A stretch of DNA of 32,000 bases, from contig NW_008806275.1 in the NCBI RefSeq assembly GCF_000400465.1, positions 1-32,000 on the forward strand, read 5' to 3'. The position numbers and the translations under genes are program-made. This document shows positions 21,433-32,000 of the stretch, one piece after another. Positions within the stretch are counted from its first letter, which is position 1, and each line of letters starts with the position of its first letter. The notes beneath the pieces are model-generated. The model made no database searches and was not told where the DNA came from. It was given only the letters and a program-made list of their open reading frames with translations. Source of the DNA: Wallemia ichthyophaga EXF-994. Its lineage: Eukaryota; Fungi; Basidiomycota.

Positions 21433-24060
21433 ATGGTCTGCCCCGCTGACGCATACAAAGGAACACGATAAGAAGAAACGTTTTCACAGCTAAGAAGGGT
21501 GCGCAAGTATCGCATATATGCAGTAAACAATGCTTACAGGTGCACAGGAGAGAACTATGAACTGCGCGCAGGTATGCTCCTACAAAAGCCTCCTGAAATC
21601 AGCTAATCAGGCTTAGATTTGAATAGCGAGTACCGCGACAAGAGGAAGGATGCCATCAAGAGAGTTATTGCCAATATGGTCAGTACCTTGTTGACTTGCG
21701 CTCCCTCCTTATGCTCTCTTAGACGGTTGGCAAGGACGTTTCTGGTCTGTTCCCGGATGTACTCAAGAATATGCAGACAGAGGACTTGGAGCAGAAAAAG
21801 TTGGTCTACCTTTATCTAATGAACTACGCGAAAACTCAACCAGAACTCGTTATTCTCGCTGTGAATACCTTCGTTAAGGTTAGTGAATCACTACGTAATG
21901 AACCTCTTTAACAGCAATAAGGACGCTTCAGATCCAAACCCGCTAGTTCGTGCACTCTCAATTAGAACTATGGGTTGCCTTCGAGCTGAGAAGATCATCG
22001 ACTACCTATCTGATCCACTTTCTGCTGGCCTCCAAGATGACAATCCCTACGTACGCAAGACAGCTGCTTTGTGTGTTGCAAAAATGTACGATCTGAAACC
22101 TTCCTTGGCAATTGACAGAGGTTTCGTTGATACACTCCAGGAGCTTGTCGGCGATCCGAACCCAACTGTACGATTAGTTTTCACAAGTCTTCCATATGCT
22201 GACTTTGTGAAAGGTTGTTGCAAATGCTGTTACAGCTTTGACTGACATTCACAGTTCTCCTCATCCCGAATCGCCTGGCTTTGTCATTGACAGAGACGTG
22301 CTAAACAAAATACTGGTTGCCCTCAATGAGTGTACAGAATGGGGAAGAATTTCAATTCTAAGCGCTTTGTGTCGCTATACACCTGCTGAGGAGAAAGAAA
22401 CAGAATATATTTGCGAGCGCGTTCTGCCACAATTTCAGCATGCTAACGGGAGCGTCGTATTAAGTGCTGTCAAAGTTGTGATGATAAATCTGCATCGTTT
22501 ACAAAGAGAAGACTTTATCAGACAGCTTGTTCGAAAGATGGCGCCTCCTTTGGGTGAGTCAATCAATGCAAAATTTCACTGCTAACACATAGTAGTCACG
22601 CTCGTAGCTTCTGAACCTGAAGTTCAATGGGTTGCTCTTCGTAATATCAATCTTATCTTGCAGGCGCGTCCTGATGTTTTATCATCAGAACTGCGCGTCT
22701 TTTTCTGCAAATACTCAGACGCTCAGTATAACAAAGTTGAAAAGCTTGACATTTTGGTAAAGTTGGCAAATGAGAATAACGTGGAAACATTGTTGAACGA
22801 GCTGAGAGAGTACGCTAGCGAGGTTGACGTTGATTTTGTCCGCAAATCAATCCGAGCAATCGGAAGATGCGCAATCAAGATTGAAGATGCTGCCGAGCGT
22901 TGTGTTCAGGTGCTTGTTGACCTTATTAACACAAAAGTTTCTTATGTCGTACAAGAGGCAGTTATAGTAATAAAGGTGGGTACCATTGAGATTGATCAAA
23001 GCAATGCCAACGCTTCTTAGGATATATTCCGCAAATACCCGAATTCATATGAAGATATTATTCCAACGTTGTGCGAAAACTTTGAGGAGCTTGATGAACC
23101 TGAGTCAAAGGCATCTCTTATTTGGATACTTGGAGAGAATGCAGAAAAGATTGATAATGTCGAAGAATTATTGCAGAGCTACTTAGATAGTTTCATCGAG
23201 GATGCATATCCTGTGAGTATAGTTGCGGCATTCAACACAAATCTCATTCGATTTCAGGTTCAACTCCAGACTTTGAGTGCAATAGTTAAGCTTTTCCTCA
23301 AGAAACCGGAAGGCCCTGCTCAAACATTAGTTCAAAAGGTGCTAACAACTGCGACAAGTGATTGTGACAACTCGGACGTGCGTGATCGCGCTTTTATCTA
23401 CTGGAGACTGCTTTCCACAGATACTGGAGCTGCAAGGGTGAGTCGCTGGTACTGCATTTGCAAAATCTGAATGTTTTAGTCGATCACTGTCGCCGACAGA
23501 CCACCTATCGTGATTCCAAATCTTACAGTCTCACGGGCAATACTGGAAGAGCTAATACAAGAAATCTCTTCAATTGCCGCTGCATACCACAAACCCTCTT
23601 CGACATTTATTGGAAAGGGTCGTCTTGGAGTTGACGCCCTCAAAAAGGTCAACTTACATGAGGGGAACGAGAACGAGAGTCTGTCAAAGCAGAGAGCACT
23701 CAACACAGTGGCTCAGGGTATGTTTTCACTATGTGCAATTGCTCATCTAAACCACAAATCGCAGGTGTTAAAGCAGAAAACCTTCTTGATCTCGATGAAG
23801 ATGCATCGCCGTCAATGTCACCTAGCACCCAAGAAGGTTTTAACAGCTTCACAGCCAACTCTACAGCTCAAAAGCACGCACATGTGCCAAGTCCTTCGCA
23901 ATCCAACCCTGTCGACGATCTTCTAGGTCTGTTCGGAAATGCAACTGTTTCGAACCCCGACCCGTCCATGAATGTAGAAAACGACATTTTTAGTACAAAC
24001 ACGACTCCGACAACCCAAGAAAATAAGAAAAATGGAGGCCTAGAAGACCTACTTTTTTAA
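21433..24060 (+). CDS. Clathrin adaptor beta subunit (AP-1/AP-2 beta-adaptin); start codon uncertain
   Basis: KKGENYELR...[96 protein letters not shown]; short tail ending GGLEDLLF*. Confidence 0.94.
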
Positions 24061-24234
24061 AGTAATTTTGCTATAAATGAATCGCATTAAGCTTATCTCT
24101 TGTATCACAACGTCGACGAGATTATCAGTAGCATCAGATAAGGGCAAAATAACGTCTACAATTTACTCAATTATTTACGAATCATCTGAAGTCGTCGCAT
24201 CTCTTTGTTTTAACTTCGTATATTTATTCTCACG

Positions 24235-27200
24235 ATGATTGCCGTGGATGTTGTAGTTCACAACGTACTGAATGAGTTGTCGATGGACGGCAACTGGGGT
24301 ACGTCACTTTCCCTATCTGCGCCTTTTCCCAGGTGCCGGTGTTCGAATCTCTGACTTGCTACATAGGCTCTGACATTCGTACACTAAAAAAGTATATCAA
24401 AGCCCAATTAAATCCCTCACTAGATATTGAAAAAGGACCTTTGCTTGAGTTTTTTTGGAAGATGCTTGCTCAACAATCGTCGTTTCAGGTTGGCTTGGCT
24501 ACGCAGCAACTAAAGCTGGCTTTGAGGGGAAAAGCACCACCTCGTCCTTCAAAAGGTGCAGAGCAAACAGCATTATTTGAAGTACTCAACCAGCAATGTT
24601 CAGAATCCTCCCTTGGTATTCTCCTTGAAACCTACGGAGATAATCTTCGTGTTCGAACTGATGATGATATGAATTGGTTTGCAATTACTGGTCTAAACCA
24701 CAGACCACCAAAGCTGAGCCCTATGGTCGTCACCGTTCTCACTTTCATATCTAGAAGTAAAGAAAATGGTATCACTTTTATCGAAATGACCAAAATGACG
24801 GGATTTGATAGTAAGTCCATTTTCTATTGTGTCAAGATACTTCTAGAGATGGACCTTGTGTGAGTATTTATTTTCTCGAGTAATCGCTTCTGATTACTGT
24901 GGTAGCGTTAAAATGCACACAATCTACCAAGGAGCTACTACAAATGTCGCTATTCACCGCAAGTTTTTGGCAAATTCACGACACTACCAAGCTCAAGCTC
25001 AAACTGAATCCACTTCACAAACAAAAGATGACTCTGACCGAGAAATGGATGTCTGTGATGAAGAGGGAGAGCAAATTCGGGGCTCAGATGGATTACCTCA
25101 ATTTTCTCCGTTAAATGAGGCTCACTTAAACAATGCTCCTTTGCTCAGAAGTCGCATTTTGAAGCTGATCAGAAACTGTCCCAATCGAATCATCCACCAC
25201 AAATTCATCTTCGTCAAAATTGGGTTTCCAGCGGGTAATAAATTCATTCGAAGAGTTGTCGGTCGTCATTTGGGCAGGATGATTGATGAAGGATACCTCG
25301 AGCGCTGCTCTATCAAGGCCTCTACTCGATCAATGCGCCTTAATTGCTTGCGAATCCCTGATGAAGATGAGACTTTTAGTCATCCTCAAAATATCATGAA
25401 TGAAGATCTGAGTGGAATGAGTCCTGGAGACGATGAAGAAGACGATGACGACGACGACAGCACTGACACCTTTGGAATCACACTTGCTATTACAATCGAG
25501 AAGCAAGTTATGAACATCGTTCACGAATCAGGTATATCTGGAATAACTATGACTGTAAGCTTTCTTCTTCGCTTTATTTTATTCTGAGTATAAACTGACA
25601 ACTGAAAGGCAATCAAAAACACTCTCCCAATGATAAATAGGAGAACGCTTGAATCAATTTTGCTGCGTCATGAGACAGACCACGATCCTGGTAATTTGAG
25701 TGACCTTGCTTTGAAGTCAATCACTGAGTCTTGTGGGCGTGAGCGCAGACAGGTATATTTTTCACGGAGCAACTTCGTCCAGCGTGCAGAAAGAGAGGGC
25801 TTGGATGTTGGAGATGACCTTGTTTCAGAGGACGCTGGCTTGCTGAGTAGTTTGGCAACTGACAGTGGATGTGCATCGCGTCAAGATTACCAAGCGCTCA
25901 TTGCTAAATTGATCGGAGCAACTGGAAAGAAGAAAAATAATAGACAAGGTCTCATTTTTGGTGCAACGCCTGATCAAAGTCCTGCTCCTAAAAAGCTTGG
26001 CAGACCCCGCAAGACAGATCCACCTGCTGATACAGGGACGGTGAAAAAGCGCGGTAGACCTCGCAAAACAGAAATTACTGCAAGCTTCGCAAATGCAACT
26101 CCTAGGAGCATTTCCGGGCAGCCAGAAGAGACAGAAACTCCTTCAAAGGCATCGAAGAAACGTACTCATAAGGATGAAGTTGCTGAATCATTACCTCAAA
26201 AGAAAAAAGGAAGACCTTCTAAAAAGATGATAGCTGAAGCGGAAGCAGCATCAGCGATGAATAAAGAGCAGTCATCAGCGAAGGAAGCTTCCACACAGAA
26301 GTCAGCACCAGACCAATTCAATGAAAGTGCTCAGAATGGAACCAATAGCACTGAAATCGAAATCAATTCTGATACTGACCAAGTTTCTAGTACGAACATC
26401 AAGCCAGATGCAAGATCTTTAGAGGAAACCCACAAGAAAACAAGCCCACCTGATGAGAAAGGATCTTCAGATGAGAACAATAAAAGGATTAGTGACACGC
26501 CTTCAAAGCGAAAGCTTAGATCGAGAGGAAGTATAAAAATACCTTCTTCCGCTCCTATCATCATAGATGAAGATTCTGAAAGGGAATCGTCGAAGCGTAA
26601 AAAGATAGGAAGTCCGGAGCTAGACAGTGACGAGTCAGCCGCCTATCAACCTGAACATAATGAAGACGAAAATGATCAGAAAGATGAAAGTTATGAAACA
26701 GAAAAACATCAACTTGGGGCGCATGAGGATGTTGATAATGTTGGTGGTGTAGAAGGAACAAATGAGATTAACATTACTCGCAATGTCGCTGAGAGTGGCC
26801 AACCAAACATCTCCGTGAACGACGCGGAACAAATCAACGAACTCGACACCAAAGAAAACCCCCATGAATTCGACACAGGCAATGCGGAACCAGAACTAGG
26901 ACCTACCACGCCTGCAGCTGTGGCGTCAGCACCTAGAGTCAGGAAGACCAAACATGCTATTAAGAAGATGCGATCTGAACGCACAGACCTCTCACATCAC
27001 CGCAGGCTTCAAGATTTGTTTGGTGCAATTAAAGGCAATGGAGGTATAGTTGAAGCATCACGTGAATCCTACGACGTATATCAGAAATACGTGCATGGTC
27101 CAAAATATCAGACGGCACCACTAATTGACAAAGCTGCTATGAATAAGACGCTCAATGTCTTATTCCAGGAAGGAAAACTCAAACAGACAATTGTTTCAAG

Positions 27201-30200
27201 TCGGACTTACGGTCAAGGTGCAATCCAGAAAAAGCTAATTTACTTATCTGACCTCGATCCACAATCACACGTTTTCCGAGACAAGAAAGCACAAATAGGA
27301 AAGGATATGATGCAGATGTATCAGCCCAGAAGTGCTAAGAAGGAAATTGTTTCCGATAATATAGGCTACATATCTCTCAAAAATAAACGTGGCAACTTAA
27401 AACTGCCTGAAGATTGTCACGATCCATCTCAGCGCGAAGAGGTTAGAAAAACTATATTGTCAGATGTCAAGGCAGTAGCAAGACTTCATGGTTACATAAG
27501 TGGAAAGTTTACGAAAGCTCACAAGCTCTATCTCCTTTTAACAAGTGAGATGCAGCACAAGAACGAGCTGACTCATTGCATCAGCGAAGAGGAGCCTATA
27601 ATTTCGCTTAATTATTTCCGGACCGATATTCCTCTTGAGCAACACATGCAGCTATTCCCGTGGACCAAAGTAGATGCAATGGCACTGGAGTATAAATATG
27701 ATAATTCAAAGAGTAAGCTCCGCGTCAAGGATCTGCCACATCATTTGCAGAAAATGGTTGGTGAGGCTTTTTCAAAAAGGTATCACTTTGTCATAGATTG
27801 CATTCGCATTTTGTGGCACTTGAACCTGGTTGAGCTTATGGAAGAAGTCGATGAAATTACCACAGAGAAGACACCCCATGCCAACAATTTGAAAGGTGTA
27901 AAAGAACTCAGGGTCCCTCAAAAGCTGGAATTCTTCAAATTAAGAAAGAATGGTCTTTTCTTGTCATTCGAAGACAAACCGGTGCTTCGGGATGGTATGA
28001 CGCTCAACACTGCAGAAGACGTCAACAAATACTTTGAAAGATTGAAGACGCTTGCTTTGAACAGCCAAGATGCTTCTAAGACTACCAAAACAAACGAGAA
28101 CCAAACGCAAGATATTTCAAACTTTTTATCCTTTGCTGCAATGATGCAAAGACGTTCTGCTTGGCAAGAAACTGGACTGCTTTCGGTGTTGCAAAGGCGA
28201 TACCTTACACACCTACTCGACGAAAAGCATGATGAATTAGCGACAGCAACTCAAGAGATATTTGACGAGATTGCTTATACCTGTGCAGCGCCCACAGAAT
28301 TGGTTAAAGATTACATTGCAGAAGAATCCTCAAAGAGAGAAAAGCTTGAATCTAAGAAGATCATCGACACAAAGAAAAAGTGTTCAAAGAGTTCGAAAAA
28401 ACTTAGAAAGTCTAATAAGTACAGCAAGTCTGTTGACGCTAAAGTTCAAAGGGCACGCTCCCGGCACATGGATCAAGAGGAAGAGAATGAGGATAAAGTG
28501 GTCGCCGAGCAGGTACGACAGCTTAAAATGAGAACAGAGAAAAAGAGAAAGCCGAAGCCGAAAAGACAAAACGAGTACAGGTTTGACCCTCCTCTTGAGC
28601 AACCGCCTGGGAAGGCCATTGACGATATCATTGAAGACCATAAAAGACTCTGTGAGCGTGGTCGTTCATTTTTAGACCTATACTGACTTTTCGAAAGTTC
28701 CTGAGGGATATAGCGCTCGACAGACGAGACACTATGACTATTGGAATGCTGACACTGAAGAGCTTCTTCGTGACACTATCGCTGTCATTAAGTCTCACAC
28801 GAAAAAGTACAAAAATCCTACATTGACTGCAGCAATACGAGTATTCCCTAGATTCAAGACTGGTCAGCTACGAAATCATGAGAAGGTCATTCTGGAAGAT
28901 CGTCAAGAACAGATTTATGTCGAGCGTTTGGCACAAGAATATGAAAATCTTTGCAAGGATTTTATCAAAGATACAAAGATGGACAAAGCGTCGAGTATCG
29001 ACAACATTGACCTCGTTGAACATCTAAACCTCATTAGAACTCATATCGACAAAAGAGCCCTGTAAGTCTCTATGGGAGGGCTTCAATTTTTCTGACATAC
29101 TCTCAGGTGGATCAATACTACATCGACGAGTAATGCTACGGAAGTCTTGAGTGTACCTGATAGCCTTGAAGGTTTCTTTGATCAATTTGATGTCACTGAA
29201 GAACCCACTCAATCATACAGCAGTCTACAAGCAATTTTGTTTGACCCTGCTCAAACAGAGGTCGCAAGAGAACGTGCATATTCCAAGATGAATGCTACCG
29301 ACCAACTTGAAGTTGACACTGGAAAGGCTGTGAACACAGTTGAGGAGCTGAACGTAAAACTCGCAGAAGTTGCAATAAAGGTGGGGTTTGTCCTAAATTT
29401 TTTTGCCTTACTCAAATAGGTTTAGATGTCAACGCATGATAGAGAAGTCGGTCATTCAGAAAGATCGCAGAAGCTTCTTGAGAACTTCTCAGAAGACACA
29501 TTCTTCACTGCGCTTGAAAACATTAAGGCCGAAAATATTCTTTGCATACCAGTCAAGCAAGACGGTCCAACACCGCTATATGCATTTACTGATAGTTATA
29601 AGCATGATAGTCATGGACCGTGGCAAGCAGCGTTTATGCAAAGCTTGTTTGATTCGACTGTTGCTGTTCAGGAGGGCAAATTTTCAATCTGGCCTGTTGT
29701 TGTGCAGGAGCCTCTTCAGGCAGCACTCTTGAACTGCATATCATCCCATAAACTCGAGTGCAGCATTAACATTGATAACTTTAGTGCTAGATTCGATTCT
29801 CTCGGTAGTCGTGCTGTTCGTAAGTCTATTTAGATCCATCTGTGGCTGCTTTGCTAATGTGCACCCAGAGGACGATGATTACGAAAACATTATTTCTATC
29901 ACCTCTAAGGGCAATAAAGCAATTCAATTACCGCCCTTGCCAAACCACATCTATACACACCCAATGGAGGTAGATGAGTGTAGGCAAATACCAATCCTCG
30001 AGCATTGTGGTCCAGTCGGTCTGTCTAAAGATCAAGTACCAAACAATATGGAGATTGATGCAATACTTGGATCAGCTTCCGCCATCGTTGCAGGATATGA
30101 CACTGATAGGTTAGTAAAATCCAAGTTCGGTGAAAACTGGTGTGTCAAAATCAATGATAAATATGTCTATCCTCGTCAATGGGTTAAGCTGGAAGGAAAC

Positions 30201-30498
30201 GCTGTCGAAAGTACGTGGAGAAGTGTGCTCTTTGCTCTGATCAGTACTCTGATGATCTACCCCGGTATTTCTTTGGTAAGTGGATTGAATGTATTTGGAA
30301 AGAGCTCTTACATGTGTGTAGACTCAACTCAGAAAATGCTTCAGCAAAGCGTACGACAGACTTGAGGTTGTTGATGCAATTCAAGCATTGCTGAGGGAAG
30401 GACTTGTTCATGGGAGAATGCACAATGCAGAAGGAGCACCAAAGTTACAAAGTTTGGCAGATGAAAGTGAAATGTGCTATTATCAAAGCTTTATATAA
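24235..30498 (+). CDS. TFC3: RNA polymerase III transcription factor TFIIIC B-block-binding subunit (Tfc3/Sfc3/tau138)
   Basis: N-terminal VLNELSMDGNWG/SDI, B-block winged helix SKENGITFIEMTKMTGFDSKSIFYCVKILLEMDLV, C-terminal WNADTEELLRD...HLNLIRTHIDK and YPRQW.KLEG...W.SVL...LMIYPGIS. The listed ORFs join in phase through short introns into one gene of about 6.2 kb. Confidence 0.85.
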
Positions 30499-30536
30499 TT
30501 AATTGTACAACATCAATACATATGTAGTTATCTTTA

Positions 30537-31625
30537 TCATTCGTCGATTTGATGATAATGTTGTGTTTCAGATTCTTTGTTTGCAATTTGTTTGACCCTT
30601 TGATGTTAATTAGCTTTGAAAGAATGGACTTGAGATGTTACCTTTTCGCTAATCTTTGATCTTCCCTCAGATCGATCATTGATATGTTCACGCTACAGCC
30701 ACTGTATGGACATATCTTTGCCTGACCAAGAAGATATTCTTTAATTGCATTGAAAGAATAAGAATGCTTGCATTTGTCACTGATTTTTTGGTTAGCTGAA
30801 CTTTGCACCATGGAAGGGAAACTGACGAAGTGTACGGGTTTTCAAACAAGCAAAGAGTGATCGGATCATTGAAGTTCTGGCGTATACTTCCAATTTCAAC
30901 GTCAGAGTCATCATCATCTTCATCATCACTCTCTGAAATTATGATTAGCACGAGGAGAGCACGAATTGACCCAAACAAACCTTTTGGAATGAGTTTTCGA
31001 ATGCTTGGTACAACCTCTTCCGGCTTAGAAACAGCCTACTCAATGTTAATGAATTGACGCGTTGTGACGCGTTTGTGACGTACCCAAATGGAATTGTAGT
31101 AACTCGAAAACTTATCACTATCGCCGTACTTTTGACGTGATGTTTTGTTATTATAACTATGCATAAGATTGCTCAGTTTCTGTCTGTAAAGAGTCTCTGG
31201 TTTAACCTTTGACATGTTAGCACGTTTTGCTAATAACCACGAGACACTCACAATTTCAGCTTCCTGCTCAATATCATCGATAAAGTCGCTCGCGATGGAT
31301 TGCTTTAGTTGAGTGCGATTTTCCAAGTCAACTAAAGACCTCATGTTGCTATCCGCTGTCCCTTCGAGCTGGCGTCTGTTCAGCTATTTTGCAATCAGAC
31401 ATAGTGACTAACTCTATCCCAGTCGCCATTTGGTTCGTACTGCTTGCAGTACTGTATTTGGGTTACGAGATCGATGACATTGTCGCATGCAGCATCAGTG
31501 GGAAGTCTTTTCCAAAGTGAGTTCAGGCTCTTGATTGAGCTTCTATCATTACGTCCTATATTGGTGTCCTCGTCATAGTCGACGCTCATCGTTGTCAGAA
31601 ACTTCTCTTTAAACTCAACTTCCAT
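30537..31625 (-). CDS. NSE2: SMC5/6 SUMO E3 ligase Nse2/Mms21 (SP-RING)
   Basis: Acidic [10 protein letters not shown] followed by [14 protein letters not shown]...[14 protein letters not shown]...ICPYSGC after splicing. An alternative start at ATG 31589 is possible. Confidence 0.85.
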
Positions 31626-31634
31626 CACAGGAAG

Positions 31635-32000
31635 ATGTCACTTGCAAATTCATTCTTGAGGTCTTTCGCTTCATTGAATCTACGTACTCAAGTACACGCT
31701 CATCCTTCAGTCCTTACTCGGCGGTCGATCTCATCCACTGCCACCAACTTTGCTACCTTGAACCAAATCATGAGAGGAGCTCGTAAATCATTCCCCAAGG
31801 TTTCAAAAGCACCAGCATTAGAAAAAAACCCTCAAAAGAAAGGAGTCTGTACCAAAGTTTACACTACTAAGCCCAAGAAACCAAATTCAGCTATCCGTAA
31901 AGTAGCACGTGTAAAGCTTTCGAATGGAAGGGTAGTACGTGCGTACATACCTGGTGAAGGACACAATCTGCAGGAGCATAGTGTGGTTTTGTTGCGCGGT
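31635..32000 (+). CDS. MRPS12: Mitochondrial ribosomal protein uS12m (3' truncated by window end)
   Basis: Presequence [18 protein letters not shown]...RRSISSTA, then ATLNQIMR...[33 protein letters not shown]...[20 protein letters not shown]. Confidence 0.97.
   Translation, partial: MSLANSFLRSFASLNLRTQVHAHPSVLTRRSISSTATNFATLNQIMRGARKSFPKVSKAPALEKNPQKKGVCTKVYTTKPKKPNSAIRKVARVKLSNGRVVRAYIPGEGHNLQEHSVVLLRG

Noticed and set aside
30880-30895. DPIT instead of CPIT at the start of the Nse2 SP-RING as a loss-of-function sign
   Set aside because: This position is variable in Nse2/Mms21 SP-RINGs, and the remaining C-H and C-x-x-x-x-C ligands are intact.

Overview
Very compact, intron-rich fungal (basidiomycete) genomic DNA: introns are mostly 40-60 nt and intergenic gaps often <100 bp. 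The style suggests Wallemia, but this is inference and was not searched. About 21 protein-coding genes can be reconstructed by hand splicing: IPP1, a Tra2-like RRM protein, an Lte1/Cdc25-type RasGEF, UBP6, BAP31/YET, RPN9, STE14, NDUFA6, STE3, a pheromone precursor, CAF1, an Aven-like hypothetical, a tandem-HMG protein, SIT4/PP6, OPI3, DIM1, beta-adaptin, TFIIIC Tfc3, NSE2/MMS21 and MRPS12 (truncated). The centre (about 10.3-17.4 kb) is a pheromone/receptor mating-type locus. A 39-aa CAAX lipopeptide pheromone ORF (13528-13647, too short for the ORF track) is divergent from an STE3 receptor. The two share a promoter with four ACAATGA HMG-type motifs, and the pheromone-maturing methyltransferase STE14 lies 2.3 kb away. 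The linked HMG gene looks like a mitochondrial nucleoid HMG rather than a mating transcription factor. No homeodomain gene, RNA gene, transposon or CRISPR array was recognised. All exon boundaries are manual predictions.
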